This document shows positions 1-9,767 of a DNA stretch of 64,000 nt, piece after piece. Every line of letters starts with the position of its first letter. Positions within the stretch are counted from its first letter, which is position 1. The stretch comes from a virus. Both the position numbers and the translations under genes were made by a program. Where the stretch lies: IMG/VR virus record IMGVR_UViG_3300033997_000478, positions 168,675 through 232,674 of that record; one strand, given 5' to 3'. The notes beneath the pieces were generated by a model. The model was not told where the DNA came from, did no database searches, and saw only the letters and a program-made list of their open reading frames with translations.

Positions 1-375
1 ACGACCGAAGTGGTTGAGACCTCCGAAGCGCCGGCCGGCGGTAGCTCCTACACCTTCCACTTCGACCCGGCTGAAGAATCCGAGGTCTGGGAAAACGCTC
101 CGGCTGCGCTGCAGATCTACGCACGCCAGAAGCTCGAAGACGGCACCTGGGGTGAGACCCAGAGCCTGCCGGCCTCGCAGATCCGTGAAGGCATGTCCAT
201 CGGTGTGGAAACCGGTCCGCTGGATGCCATCCGCTTCGCCACCGTCACCAAGGTCGAAACCTTGGAGTTCGGTTACGATCCGGGTGTTGAAGAAGAAACC
301 GTGAACGATGGTGACATCGAAGGTACCGAGGGCGACGCCCCGGCCGACGAAGCCGAGAACTCCACGGCCGGCTGA
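1..375 (+). CDS. hypothetical protein, 5'-truncated at window edge, acidic C-terminus
   Basis: Frame open from position 1 (no upstream stop), so the gene likely starts before the window. Protein-like composition with a D/E-rich tail. A terminator hairpin follows at 397-421. Confidence 0.5.
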   Translation, partial: TTEVVETSEAPAGGSSYTFHFDPAEESEVWENAPAALQIYARQKLEDGTWGETQSLPASQIREGMSIGVETGPLDAIRFATVTKVETLEFGYDPGVEEETVNDGDIEGTEGDAPADEAENSTAG

Positions 376-396
376 GTAACACCGTAACACCATAAC

Positions 397-421
397 GCGG
401 GGACCTTCGGGTCCCCGCTTA
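397..421 (+). terminator. intrinsic terminator hairpin (gcggggacc-ttcg-ggtccccgc)
   Basis: Perfect 9-bp GC stem with TTCG loop directly after the stop at 375, followed by tt. Confidence 0.6.
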
Positions 422-447
422 TGCCTCTTTCTCTAACATGGAGTGCA

Positions 448-1101
448 ATGATGATCTACTACAGTCCCTACAAGTTCGGCCGTATCCAAGTCCAGTTCAA
501 CATGAACGCGAACGACGCCTACCAGTCGGCCAGCGTGTCCTCGGTCAAGTGGGGCGACTTCACAACCGTACCTGCAGAAATCGTTCTGGGTGAACACACC
601 TTCACCAAGCGCTGGGATCTGCCGGCTATGGCGTTCAGCCAGAACACTGGTCATTACAGGAACGAACGGCCGGACTTCACCACCGTCACTGAGTTGTACC
701 GCGCGTACTTCATCAAAGCGCTGCGCAGTGATAACGAGCGCCTGGAGTCCCTGTCCTTCGCCGACTGGCTGGAACTGACCACCAACCGTGGTGGGTTCAA
801 CGAAGTGGCAGCCATCGATCTGTTCATCGATGAACAGGGCAAGACGTGGCTGGTGCGGATCGTCAAGGGCGAGATCGAATACACCCTGCTCGAAACGGCC
901 ACGATCATCGCCGGTCTGAAGCCCTTCGATCTGGCAGCCTTGGTTGAACGTCGTCGGGCCGCGTTGCAGACGCACCTGGCGGAACTGGACATCATGGAAG
1001 AGCGCATGAAGGATGAAGGTCACATCCTGTTTTTTGATGACTATCACCCCGAGAAACCGCGCCTGCGGATGTCCAGCTACATCGAGAGTCTTCTGACGTA
1101 A
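448..1101 (+). CDS. hypothetical protein
   Basis: In-frame ATG at 448 preceded by GGAG (440-443). The track ORF begins at 421 without an RBS. No recognisable motifs. Confidence 0.5.
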   Translation: MMIYYSPYKFGRIQVQFNMNANDAYQSASVSSVKWGDFTTVPAEIVLGEHTFTKRWDLPAMAFSQNTGHYRNERPDFTTVTELYRAYFIKALRSDNERLESLSFADWLELTTNRGGFNEVAAIDLFIDEQGKTWLVRIVKGEIEYTLLETATIIAGLKPFDLAALVERRRAALQTHLAELDIMEERMKDEGHILFFDDYHPEKPRLRMSSYIESLLT

Positions 1102-1161
1102 TTCCCAAGGCGTGAAATCTCACGCCTCCGGGTAATCCTACGCCTCCCAAGGAAAACGAAC

Positions 1162-1383
1162 ATGCCTGTTCCTACCGCCAACTTTACCATCCCCAAGTCA
1201 CGCGTGGATGCCTTCTATGCTCAGCATCCCAAGCAGACGCAGCTGCGTCTGGGGCAGGCGTTCTACAACTACATGGAACTGGGCAAGATGACCCAGGACC
1301 GTGACTTCACCGATGCGATGCATGCGGCCGATGGCCAGCGTGCTCGCGACCTGATCACCTCCATCACCGACCCCTCGAACTGA
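1162..1383 (+). CDS. hypothetical small protein
   Basis: RBS aaggaaaa upstream of ATG 1162; 73 aa. Confidence 0.5.
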   Translation: MPVPTANFTIPKSRVDAFYAQHPKQTQLRLGQAFYNYMELGKMTQDRDFTDAMHAADGQRARDLITSITDPSN

Positions 1384-1385
1384 CC

Positions 1386-1994
1386 ATGAGTATTCTCTCC
1401 GACATCTCCATCGCCAAACTTTGCCAAGCAGATCGACCGATGATCACCCCGTTCAAGCCGGAATCGATCAAGGAGGTCGGACGCGCAGATGGCGGTCGTA
1501 TGAGGATTATTTCGGCTGGCCTCACCTCGTTCGGCTATGACGTCAGTCTGGCCCGTGAGGTCAAGATCTTCTCCAACATCCACTCGGCCGAGATCGACCC
1601 CAAGCGTTTTGATCAGGACAAGTGCCTGATCGAACCGATCATCCGCAAGGATACCGACGGGGCTGAATACGTCACCCTGCCGGCCAACAGCTATCTGCTG
1701 GGTCCGACCGAAGAGTACTTCCACATCCCGCGTGACATCATGGTCATCTGCGTGGGCAAGAGCACCTACGCCCGTTCGGGTGTGGTGATCAACACCACGC
1801 CGATCGAACCGGGCTTTGAAGGACAGGTGGTGATCGAGGTGTACAACGGCACGACCTCCCCGGTACGCATCTACCTCAATGAAGGAATTGCACAGTTCCT
1901 TTTTTTGAAAGGCGACCAAGCGTGCAAGGTCAGCTACAAGGACCGCGCAGGAAAATACATGTTGCAGACGGGCATCACCATGTCCAAGGTGTGA
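1386..1994 (+). CDS. dcd: dCTP deaminase (Dcd/dUTPase superfamily)
   Basis: GKSTYARSGVVINTTPIEPGFEGQVVIEVYN aligns to E. coli Dcd [33 protein letters not shown]. An upstream FGYDVSL motif is present. Size 202 aa. Confidence 0.8.
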   Translation: MSILSDISIAKLCQADRPMITPFKPESIKEVGRADGGRMRIISAGLTSFGYDVSLAREVKIFSNIHSAEIDPKRFDQDKCLIEPIIRKDTDGAEYVTLPANSYLLGPTEEYFHIPRDIMVICVGKSTYARSGVVINTTPIEPGFEGQVVIEVYNGTTSPVRIYLNEGIAQFLFLKGDQACKVSYKDRAGKYMLQTGITMSKV

Positions 1995-1996
1995 TT

Positions 1997-2458
1997 ATGT
2001 CAAAGCAAAATCAACGGCAGTACTACGTCACTAACCCTCAGGCCATCGATCGTTACTTTTGGCTGACCCTACTGCCAGCGACCAACGACAGCGGGTTTCG
2101 CTATATTGGCGAGATGACATTCGTCGAAGCCTTAGCCACGCACCGCCAGAACGATTTTGTTCTGGCCACGCTGGACGACGTCAATGAGATCTGGCGCATC
2201 CTGAACCATCCGGATACACAGAACTGCTCGATCATGTTTGAAGTGGAAGGGGTTGAACTCAAACCCATGGCCACTACCCGCAACTGGTCATTCAAGGCGC
2301 TGAACATGCCGGCCACCTTCGAGGATGAGGAAGATTACGAAAGGTGGCAGCTTAAGCAGTCCATCTACACCCATCACCTCTACATCGCTGTCTACGATCT
2401 GGATGTGGCCAAACGTATTTTCCGTGTCTTAACCGCAGAGGAAGTCAATCCGTCATGA
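1997..2458 (+). CDS. hypothetical protein
   Basis: ATG 1997 lies 2 nt after the dcd stop (translational coupling). The track ORF start at 1922 overlaps dcd and is rejected. Confidence 0.5.
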   Translation: MSKQNQRQYYVTNPQAIDRYFWLTLLPATNDSGFRYIGEMTFVEALATHRQNDFVLATLDDVNEIWRILNHPDTQNCSIMFEVEGVELKPMATTRNWSFKALNMPATFEDEEDYERWQLKQSIYTHHLYIAVYDLDVAKRIFRVLTAEEVNPS

Positions 2459-2748
2459 GCGGACCCAAGTGGTATCACATCGTCTTGATGATCGGTGGTG
2501 CTGTGGCGTTGGGTACGCTCGGTGGGAAGATCGTCGCTGAAAAGGCGGCGGAAAACCAACGAGAGTGGGAGCGCTTTGAAGCCTCCCACGGCGGCTGCTG
2601 GCGTACTGGTGCGTATGACGTCAGTACGTCCCTCGTGCCGATCTACGGTCCAGATGCCAGCGGCAACCTGACGATCATCACCTGGACCACCCAAGACGAC
2701 TACACCTATCATTGGATCTGTCGCGACGGGGTCACCTACAAGCGTTGA
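2455..2748 (+). CDS. small membrane protein (1 TM)
   Basis: ATGA start/stop overlap. Hydrophobic helix WYHIVLMIGGAVALGTLGG. Confidence 0.5.
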   Translation: MSGPKWYHIVLMIGGAVALGTLGGKIVAEKAAENQREWERFEASHGGCWRTGAYDVSTSLVPIYGPDASGNLTIITWTTQDDYTYHWICRDGVTYKR

Positions 2749-2758
2749 AGGAAAAGAA

Positions 2759-3103
2759 ATGTCTGCATCCAGCAATGGTCCTCGCTTGACTCTTCGTGAG
2801 AAGCTAGAGCTGACCCGTCCCTCAAACCCGGAATTCCAGAGACTGGCGGGGTTGACTCAGGAGGAAGTGCAATGGGGCATCAAGACCCTTGAAGACACCG
2901 TCCGGTACTTCAGTATTGAGATGGACATCAATGATGGCATGATCCTCACCAAGGAACAGGCCGACTTCTACCTGAGTCACGGAAAGTATTTGGATGAGGT
3001 AGTCACGCCCAAGAATTATCCGCCGGATAGTCCGGCATGGGGCTATTTTGCCAAGCGTAATAAGTTCTTCGAAGAACATCCCGAACTGAGAATCGAGCAA
3101 TGA
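2759..3103 (+). CDS. hypothetical protein
   Basis: Strong RBS gaaggaaaag before ATG 2759. Confidence 0.55.
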   Translation: MSASSNGPRLTLREKLELTRPSNPEFQRLAGLTQEEVQWGIKTLEDTVRYFSIEMDINDGMILTKEQADFYLSHGKYLDEVVTPKNYPPDSPAWGYFAKRNKFFEEHPELRIEQ

Positions 3104-3486
3104 ACGATTTGAAGAAAGGCCTTTACATCGGGAAGGACGAGAAACCTGAGGACGTCCTCCCGCCGCGTTACGAGGTGCATGCGCCTATGGCGCCCCATCC
3201 GGTGGAGCTGGCCATTGCCGGGTTCTGCCTGTCCTGGCTCACCCTGATGGGCTGGTGCCTGTTTGTGGTGGTCTTGGGTCTGACTTATTTCACCATGGCC
3301 GTAGGCTTAGTGGTCAGTGTCATTGGTGGTATTCGCGCACTGATCGACCCAAGTCAATTGGCGTCGAATTGGTGGATCTACCCAACTTACTTCATCGTTG
3401 GCGCGGCCGTGGCTGTTTTGCTCGATCGCATTCGCCGTAACGGGTTGAATAAACTCGGAGCGTGGGCCAAGAAGTACGGCATCTAA
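3100..3486 (+). CDS. membrane protein (2-3 TM)
   Basis: ATGA overlap with the upstream stop. Hydrophobic segments LAIAGFCLSWLTLMGWCLFVVVLGL and VGLVVSVIGGI. Confidence 0.55.
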   Translation: MNDLKKGLYIGKDEKPEDVLPPRYEVHAPMAPHPVELAIAGFCLSWLTLMGWCLFVVVLGLTYFTMAVGLVVSVIGGIRALIDPSQLASNWWIYPTYFIVGAAVAVLLDRIRRNGLNKLGAWAKKYGI

Positions 3487-3501
3487 CCCAAGGACAAGTC
3501 G

Positions 3502-3936
3502 ATGAGTTACTACGACGAGGAATATCAGCACGGTCAGCTCATCCAGACGGTGGCCTGGCTTTTGCGTTCAGCGGTACGGGTGACCGATGAAGCGACGATC
3601 AAGGAAATCTGCGCTCCCCTGGAGGCCACCCCCTACTCGGAACTGCGTGACTTCGGTCAACACGGACTGATGGTTCACGCCCTGCAGAACTACCCTGAAC
3701 TGCTGGCCCGGTGGGAGCTCCATCAGGACGCGGTACAGGTGGTCTCTGGCGAACCCAAAGAGGTCATCAGACCCGGACTGATTCCGGCGTCCCAAGGCTT
3801 CCGCCCGCTGGAGAATCCTGACCAACACATCGACACGCTGAAAGCGCTGGTCGCTCCGTCGTTTTACGTCAAGACCGACAAGGACGGTAAAAAGTCCTAC
3901 GAGCTGCGCCCTGTCAATATTGACGCAAGGAGCTGA
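3502..3936 (+). CDS. hypothetical protein
   Basis: RBS aaggacaag; 144 aa. Confidence 0.5.
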   Translation: MSYYDEEYQHGQLIQTVAWLLRSAVRVTDEATIKEICAPLEATPYSELRDFGQHGLMVHALQNYPELLARWELHQDAVQVVSGEPKEVIRPGLIPASQGFRPLENPDQHIDTLKALVAPSFYVKTDKDGKKSYELRPVNIDARS

Positions 3937-3937
3937 G

Positions 3938-4429
3938 ATGTCACAGCGTCAGGATAAAATCGAATACGAACTGGCACTGCGTTCGCCCCAAACCGGAGGC
4001 TTCGGCTTTGTCATCCGGTGGCAATGGTCTTTTGCCACTGATAGTGGTCGCATCCTCCATGCCAACGCGAAGTGTTATCGGTGCGAAAGTGCAGACGATG
4101 TGGACTACGCCGACGTGCCGACCGCTCCGTTCCACTACGAGAAGGTCCGCATTTTGAGCGACAGCAGGCCGGCCGAATTGAACGAGTTTGACAGCGCCAC
4201 TCCGGTTCTTGATCTCTCGGTGAAATGGGATGGGTGTACCAACACCAATTTTGCCCAGTATCTCCATCTCTGTGAATTGGACTACATGGTCCAGTTCGCC
4301 GACCTGATCAAGTACGTCACCAACAAGGCAGCCAAGGCCTTTGAGGAATCGGGTGGCGTTGATGCCGAAATCACCGAAGGTGGCCTGACCTACCTTCCGC
4401 CCATCCCCTATCAACCTCAGGGTACCTGA
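3938..4429 (+). CDS. hypothetical protein
   Basis: RBS aaggag 5 nt before ATG 3938. The track start at 3920 lacks an RBS. Confidence 0.5.
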   Translation: MSQRQDKIEYELALRSPQTGGFGFVIRWQWSFATDSGRILHANAKCYRCESADDVDYADVPTAPFHYEKVRILSDSRPAELNEFDSATPVLDLSVKWDGCTNTNFAQYLHLCELDYMVQFADLIKYVTNKAAKAFEESGGVDAEITEGGLTYLPPIPYQPQGT

Positions 4430-4431
4430 TC

Positions 4432-4785
4432 ATGCACCCGGAAAATTTCGAACGCTCGGAACTTCCCTATAGTTCGCGCTACACCCTGCTGTGGAACGGA
4501 TCGATCCCGCCGGCTGCACCGCCGCCAGTTCTGTCGCGCCTGCAGAGCATGCTCAACTACGTCCACCTCAGGTGGCAGATCAACACGACCCGCCGTCGGG
4601 TCAGCAACGACAACGTGCGCGCCCTGATGTCCATGGTGGCAATCATGGAGGCTCTGTCGCCGCCGGCACCACCGACGTTCGTGCAACTGCTTCTGCGTCC
4701 CTTCCGCAAGATCTACTACCGGCTCAAGGACAAGTTCTTCCCCGAGCCGGAAGTCCCCTACACCTGCCCCTGCTGTGAACACTGA
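4432..4785 (+). CDS. hypothetical protein (C-terminal CPCCEH)
   Basis: ORF tightly packed after the previous stop. Confidence 0.45.
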   Translation: MHPENFERSELPYSSRYTLLWNGSIPPAAPPPVLSRLQSMLNYVHLRWQINTTRRRVSNDNVRALMSMVAIMEALSPPAPPTFVQLLLRPFRKIYYRLKDKFFPEPEVPYTCPCCEH

Positions 4786-4792
4786 GGTTACC

Positions 4793-5545
4793 ATGTCCGA
4801 CAACAAGCCGTTTTCGATCATCATCGCCGACTCGATGGAGGCCGTGAAGAAAATCCACGCCACCCGTGAACTGCCGCCGCTGGTGAGCTGGAAGGAAGAA
4901 AGCGATCGCCTGGAAGCGCAGGCACAGGGCGCCAACGAGACGGCCGTGGCCTTGGCTGCAGCCCATCTGAAGGCCGGCTACCTGATGAAGCTGCGCGACG
5001 CCACGCTCTACGTGCTGGTCGAAGAGCAGATCTTGCGCCAGCAAGACGCCATGCGCGCCGCACGTTTCCCGGAGAAGGCGTTCTTTGTGGCCAATGAATG
5101 CTGGATCCACATCGACGGCTTTGCCTCCAACATCCGCGATCGGAGCGGTGGCCAGGGGATGTACAAGATCGACGAAATCCCGGTACCGTTCGATCTGCTC
5201 ACGGTGCCGCAGTTTGGCAATGGCGCCACCGTCCTGCAGACCCAGCTGGTCAGCCGCGCGAAGGGTTACATCGCCACCCTGATCGACACCAACGCCGAAA
5301 ACATGCGCATGTCGGTGATCAGCGTGGTCGATCATCTGACCGGCGACCTGACCGATCCGGCTGAATACACCGCCGATTCGATTTCGGCCGTCCCGTTCAA
5401 GGGCGAAGTGCCGGATCTGCCGGCGGAAACCTGGGTGCTGCGTCGCCACATCACCGGTACCGAGATCGTCCACCATCTGGGTTACTTCACCAACGAAGAA
5501 GGCGCCAAGGCTGCTCTAGAATACCTCAAGAGCTACCCGCGTTAA
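4793..5545 (+). CDS. hypothetical protein
   Basis: RBS gaggt 5 nt upstream of ATG 4793. Confidence 0.55.
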   Translation: MSDNKPFSIIIADSMEAVKKIHATRELPPLVSWKEESDRLEAQAQGANETAVALAAAHLKAGYLMKLRDATLYVLVEEQILRQQDAMRAARFPEKAFFVANECWIHIDGFASNIRDRSGGQGMYKIDEIPVPFDLLTVPQFGNGATVLQTQLVSRAKGYIATLIDTNAENMRMSVISVVDHLTGDLTDPAEYTADSISAVPFKGEVPDLPAETWVLRRHITGTEIVHHLGYFTNEEGAKAALEYLKSYPR

Positions 5546-5571
5546 CCAAGCAACTACAAGGAGAGCTTTGC

Positions 5572-6255
5572 ATGCGTATCCATCTTGTCCGCCACGGCGA
5601 ATCGGAAGGTAACGTCAAGCTGCACGATTACTCGATCGCAGGTGACCACCAGGTCAAGCTGACCGCACGCGGCATCGAACAGGCCCAAGCAGCCGGCCAG
5701 TGGCTGTCCAAAGCCCTGTCCCAGTGCTACACCGGTCGCACGCTGCTGTACCGCTCGCCGTACCACCGCACCCGCCAGACGCTCAATGCCATGCTGAACG
5801 CGGCCAACATCCACTTCGACAACGACGAACAAGCGCCGCCGATCTACGAAGATCCACGCCTACGTGAAGTGGAGCACGGTTACGGGCAGGACGTAGACGA
5901 TCAAGACGACCTGCACAAGGTCCACGGGTTCTTCTACTACCGTTACCGCAACGGTGAGAGCCCGGCAGACTGCTACGATCGCATGTGTACCTTCACCGAC
6001 AGCATGCATCGTCAGGTCGCCCGTAAGGGCGCTGAGGACGTGGTGATTGTCAGCCATGGCCTTACCATCCGCTGCTTCGTGATGCGCTTCCTGAAGCTCT
6101 CCCCGGAGCAGTTTGACAGCATGGCCAACCCGAAGAACTGCGCCATCATCACCATTGACCTGAAGGAGAACCTGATCGACCCGGTGTTCACCAACGGCCG
6201 CTGGGGTGTCACGGGTCTCCAACTGCGCGAGCCCGCCGTGGTGGAGGTGGTCTGA
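5572..6255 (+). CDS. histidine phosphatase family protein (phosphoglycerate-mutase-like)
   Basis: N-terminal catalytic motif LVRHGESEGN, then ...LTARGIEQAQAAG, typical of the His-phosphatase superfamily. RBS aaggagag. Confidence 0.75.
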   Translation: MRIHLVRHGESEGNVKLHDYSIAGDHQVKLTARGIEQAQAAGQWLSKALSQCYTGRTLLYRSPYHRTRQTLNAMLNAANIHFDNDEQAPPIYEDPRLREVEHGYGQDVDDQDDLHKVHGFFYYRYRNGESPADCYDRMCTFTDSMHRQVARKGAEDVVIVSHGLTIRCFVMRFLKLSPEQFDSMANPKNCAIITIDLKENLIDPVFTNGRWGVTGLQLREPAVVEVV

Positions 6256-6563
6256 TGCGTCAGCCTCTTTTCTACACCGGGCCGCTACCGGCCCATCTGC
6301 AACGCATGTTGTCGGAGACCAAAAAAGAAGTGGACATGACCAACCAACAGACCAAGCCGGTGGCCACTGAGTTCCCGCAGCCGGAACGCATCACTCAGGC
6401 CGGTACTCCGGCAACGGCCCTGCACTCGCTTCGCTCCGACCGGCGTCCCGGTGATTACGAGTCCGAGCCGTGCGAGGCCGAAGACTACTCCACTGACCGT
6501 CGTCCGGAATGGCAGAAGATCGCCTCCCGTGGTGGTCGCTCCCGTCCCAACCGCAAGAGGTAA
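6255..6563 (+). CDS. hypothetical protein
   Basis: ATGA overlap with the upstream gene. Confidence 0.4.
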   Translation: MRQPLFYTGPLPAHLQRMLSETKKEVDMTNQQTKPVATEFPQPERITQAGTPATALHSLRSDRRPGDYESEPCEAEDYSTDRRPEWQKIASRGGRSRPNRKR

Positions 6564-6566
6564 TCC

Positions 6567-7598
6567 ATGTCCTACGAAGTACTGCTGCTCCCGCTGAACC
6601 GTCCGACCGTGAACGGCCGCATCTATACCCGCGAAGCCATTGCTGGCGCACTGGAAAGTCTGAAAGAGCGCGTGGCCGCCGGTGATGTGATCGGTGAATT
6701 CGGCTCGCCCCGCGCACGCGTCGGCGGCGATCCCGACGAAGCAATGCGGATCGACATGAGCCGCCGCTGCCTGCGGGTGATCGAGATCGATCTGCGCGAA
6801 GACGGCCTCTACGGCAAGATCGCGGCCGAAGGCCCGATGGCTGACAAGCTGGTGGACGCGATCGAAACCGGCAAGGACAGTATCCCCGTGATGAGCATGC
6901 GGTCCCTGAGCCGCCTGTCTGTCGCCACGCCTAATGTGAAGGAGACCGCGAAGATCATCACCTTTGACTTCGACGAGCAGGTGGCCTACGCCAAGCACGA
7001 AGCCAACGCCACATCGCTGTCGCCGGCCGGTGGTATCGCTCCGCACATGGAAGCGGTCCGGTACGCGCTGGTCCACGATGCCGAGTACGCCTGGTCCTGG
7101 TTCTGCAACCTGAAGATGCCGCATATCGACGCAGGTGCCAGCTGGGCCTCCGCCTCCGAGGGCGCCGCTCGATTCCTGTCGATCCTGACCGGCTGTGAGT
7201 TGGACATCACCAAGCACCCCAACTGGGCCAACAATGCCGCAATCGATGCGCGGACTGACGCCGAGAAGGTCGACACCTTCCCGGAAGTGTCGAGCGACCG
7301 CAACGTGATGAACATCATCGTCGAAGCGCCGGCCCACCACGGTGGTCAGATGGTGGCCACGGCCTTGGGCCAGTTCCTGAACAAGGTACTGCCGAACACC
7401 ACGATCCACGAGCGCAAGGGCGCGTGGGATGAAGTCACGACGCTGGAGCATCAAGCGGCGGTCCGCAAGGCCGTTGAAGATGGCCAACTGGAAATCGACA
7501 CCTGGAATCGTGACTTCGTGGAGGACCGCGAGTTTGCCGTTGTTGTCCAAGCGCGTCCGCGCCGTGAACTGCGTTTCGACAAGCGCCTGAAGGACTGA
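6567..7598 (+). CDS. hypothetical protein (343 aa)
   Basis: RBS aagagg before ATG 6567. An N-terminal LPLNRPTVNGRIY ... GEFGSP motif is vaguely reminiscent of T4 gp21-type prohead proteases, but this is not verifiable here. Confidence 0.55.
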   Translation: MSYEVLLLPLNRPTVNGRIYTREAIAGALESLKERVAAGDVIGEFGSPRARVGGDPDEAMRIDMSRRCLRVIEIDLREDGLYGKIAAEGPMADKLVDAIETGKDSIPVMSMRSLSRLSVATPNVKETAKIITFDFDEQVAYAKHEANATSLSPAGGIAPHMEAVRYALVHDAEYAWSWFCNLKMPHIDAGASWASASEGAARFLSILTGCELDITKHPNWANNAAIDARTDAEKVDTFPEVSSDRNVMNIIVEAPAHHGGQMVATALGQFLNKVLPNTTIHERKGAWDEVTTLEHQAAVRKAVEDGQLEIDTWNRDFVEDREFAVVVQARPRRELRFDKRLKD

Positions 7599-7601
7599 GT
7601 C

Positions 7602-7775
7602 ATGTACGACTCAGAGTGGAAACAGTTTCTGTTTGCAGCATTGGCACTCGTAGGTGGTATCGGCTTTTTCGTCCTGCACTTCCTCGAGTACCGTGAGGCA
7701 GGAACGTTCTCGCTGATCATGGCCATGTTGAGCGGGATTCGCTGGATAGATGGTCCTGGCGCCACACTGATCTGA
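7602..7775 (+). CDS. small membrane protein (57 aa)
   Basis: ATG 4 nt after the upstream stop. Hydrophobic LFAALALVGGIGFFVLHFL. Terminator immediately downstream. Confidence 0.4.
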   Translation: MYDSEWKQFLFAALALVGGIGFFVLHFLEYREAGTFSLIMAMLSGIRWIDGPGATLI

Positions 7776-7780
7776 ATAAA

Positions 7781-7810
7781 GCCCCCTGCCTTCGGGCAGG
7801 GGGTCTTATG
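7781..7810 (+). terminator. intrinsic terminator (ccccctgcc-ttcg-ggcaggggg + tcttatggcc)
   Basis: Perfect 9-bp stem with TTCG loop and a YTTATGC-type tail. Confidence 0.65.
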
Positions 7811-7913
7811 GCCTTTATTTTTTCATTGGGCGTGATGGTTCTATGAACCCAAGCGTTTTGAGATCCTTAGTATCCATCTGAGGCTGCCCAATGCAATGCC
7901 TTAGGAGGATAAG

Positions 7914-8036
7914 ATGATCAAGAATCTGCTTGCCCTGATCGGTACCGGTGCCGTGGTCTATGCGGCTGTGAAGATCAACAACTGGATCGTGGCGATCCGT
8001 GTACAAGAGGAGCTCAACCGCCGTGGAAACGCCTAA
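7914..8036 (+). CDS. small membrane protein (40 aa)
   Basis: RBS aggagga 4 nt upstream. Hydrophobic LLALIGTGAVVYAAV. Confidence 0.45.
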   Translation: MIKNLLALIGTGAVVYAAVKINNWIVAIRVQEELNRRGNA

Positions 8037-8067
8037 AGGAGAATCCCTGTCCACCTTCGCCGCCCGC

Positions 8068-8481
8068 ATGGGTATGCTGGGTGCGACTCCGCAAAAGATG
8101 GACGACCCGAAGGATAGAGAAGCGCTGCAGGCTCTCTTCCGACGACTTCGCAACTTCGCCCAGGCCCAGGAACCCATCTTCCTTCCAGCGTCTGCACCGA
8201 CGGCTGAGTTCACCCAGGAAATGAAGGACCTGATCGAATTCGCCGAATGGACTGCCGGTAAGGAGATCCCGAAGTGGCATCGCGACATCCTGCTGGGCAT
8301 GGAGCGTGACGCTCCGCGTATGCAGGTCGCCGACCTGATGTTCAACATCCCGGTGGCCGAAACGTCGGAAGCGGGGAAGTTCCTGACCATCACCCGAGCC
8401 AAGTCGCGCGAAGGCGCGGTTGAAAACCTGGCCATCAACCCCACCCGGCTGCGGGTGGGTAATTTCATCAAGGATCTGTAA
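8068..8481 (+). CDS. hypothetical protein
   Basis: First in-frame ATG of track ORF 7999-8481. AAGGAGAA at 8036-8043 is too far from it. An in-frame CTG at 8047 has ideal spacing, so the true start is uncertain. Confidence 0.45.
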   Translation: MGMLGATPQKMDDPKDREALQALFRRLRNFAQAQEPIFLPASAPTAEFTQEMKDLIEFAEWTAGKEIPKWHRDILLGMERDAPRMQVADLMFNIPVAETSEAGKFLTITRAKSREGAVENLAINPTRLRVGNFIKDL

Positions 8482-8870
8482 TGAGCGAACTGTCCAAACC
8501 CCGTATCGTCTGCGCCGCCAACCAGCTGGTCTTCCGTGATCAGGCCGGTCAAGTCCGTAAGATCGTCATTGCCGGTGCTCGTCATTGCGACAGCATCATG
8601 AACCCGATCCGGCATCTGCTGGTCGGGACGGAATTCGCTGACCCACGCATCGTCCGTGACGGTCATGAGTCGGTACCGCATGGAGAATGGCGCGGTGTCG
8701 AAATGCCAGGGCAGGCAGACTATTTCGACGAAGTCCAAGGCTTCATCGATCAGCACGGGACGTTCTACACCCGTAGCGAAGCATACGTGATCGCCAAGGA
8801 GAACGACCAGCTCATCCGGCAGGAAGGTTGGAACTCCACCGGCAAGCTGTACTCGGAAAACCTGTACTAA
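8481..8870 (+). CDS. hypothetical protein
   Basis: Start overlaps the upstream stop (taATGa). Confidence 0.5.
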   Translation: MSELSKPRIVCAANQLVFRDQAGQVRKIVIAGARHCDSIMNPIRHLLVGTEFADPRIVRDGHESVPHGEWRGVEMPGQADYFDEVQGFIDQHGTFYTRSEAYVIAKENDQLIRQEGWNSTGKLYSENLY

Positions 8871-8880
8871 GGGGAAGGAC

Positions 8881-9426
8881 ATGCCAAAGAAAGGCTACAA
8901 CCACTCCGGCCGTAAGGTCTGGCGCGGTACTCTCAAGAACACCGTTCCGCGGCCGCGCTACAAGAAAGCGGTGAAGAAGCGCTTCCACGTGTCGGCCGTT
9001 GCCCGCAATGACGGCAACCTCGGTCCCCACCAAATGGTGATGGGGCAGCGCTACACCATCGTCATCAGTGGTACTAACGCAGACAAGGTCCTCAACGATC
9101 TGACCAGTGCCGGTTTCATCGTGGAAGACGTCATGTCCACCGGAGAATACCAGCGGGCTGTACGCACGGCCAAGCACTCTGATTTCATCGACGCTGCTGA
9201 GTCGCGCTCGATCTGGGCTGTGCGTGCCAAGCACGACCAGAGCAAGGCGCGGCACAGGTTGCGTATCCGGCAGTCGTGGGTGGTCAATTTCCCTGCCGCA
9301 CTCGACACCCTCAGTCAGTACGGCCAAGAAATCGCAGGTGTGGCTGAACGGGTGATGTCCTCCCTGAGTGGTTTGCTGGACCAACGCCGGCTGGTGGGTG
9401 CGGAGACGATCGATGCCCCGACGTAA
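8881..9426 (+). CDS. hypothetical basic protein
   Basis: RBS aaggggaagga before ATG 8881. Confidence 0.5.
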   Translation: MPKKGYNHSGRKVWRGTLKNTVPRPRYKKAVKKRFHVSAVARNDGNLGPHQMVMGQRYTIVISGTNADKVLNDLTSAGFIVEDVMSTGEYQRAVRTAKHSDFIDAAESRSIWAVRAKHDQSKARHRLRIRQSWVVNFPAALDTLSQYGQEIAGVAERVMSSLSGLLDQRRLVGAETIDAPT

Positions 9427-9757
9427 GTACAAGCTGGTCTATACCGTCCCCGGAAGTCACCCCAAGCTCCACTCCATGCGCTATGAGGAGATCTCAGCAC
9501 GCACGGATGAAGAGGCTAAGGTGGTCGGTAAGGAAGTGGCCGAAAAGGCCGGTGGCGAATTCCTGGCGACCTACAGCATGGCCTTCAATGGCGGGGCACG
9601 GCGCGACTTCCGCAGGGCCATGCGTTACCACAACCCCGAATCCTTCGTGTCGTTCGATCTGAAGCACCGGCACAAGGGTCGACCGATCAAGGGCAAGCGC
9701 AATTGCCCGCGCCCCAAGAAGCTGACAATGACCAGCCGCGACGTCGGCTTGGACTAG
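9413..9757 (+). CDS. hypothetical basic protein
   Basis: In-frame ATG (MPRRKYK...) overlapping the upstream gene by 14 nt. Confidence 0.45.
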   Translation: MPRRKYKLVYTVPGSHPKLHSMRYEEISARTDEEAKVVGKEVAEKAGGEFLATYSMAFNGGARRDFRRAMRYHNPESFVSFDLKHRHKGRPIKGKRNCPRPKKLTMTSRDVGLD

Positions 9758-9767
9758 GAGAAAGGAA

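Noticed and set aside
6567-7598. Possible T4 gp21-like prohead protease (N-terminal NGRIY ... GEFGSP motif)
   Set aside because: The resemblance rests on recalled short motifs only. Size (343 aa) and position amid nucleotide-metabolism genes are atypical. Kept as hypothetical pending an HMM search (Peptidase_S77).
7999-8067. GTG start at 7999 for the 8068-8481 gene
   Set aside because: It would lie in the middle of the well-supported small ORF 7914-8036 with no RBS. The ATG at 8068, or the CTG at 8047 that follows AAGGAGAA at ideal spacing, is more plausible. The exact start remains uncertain.
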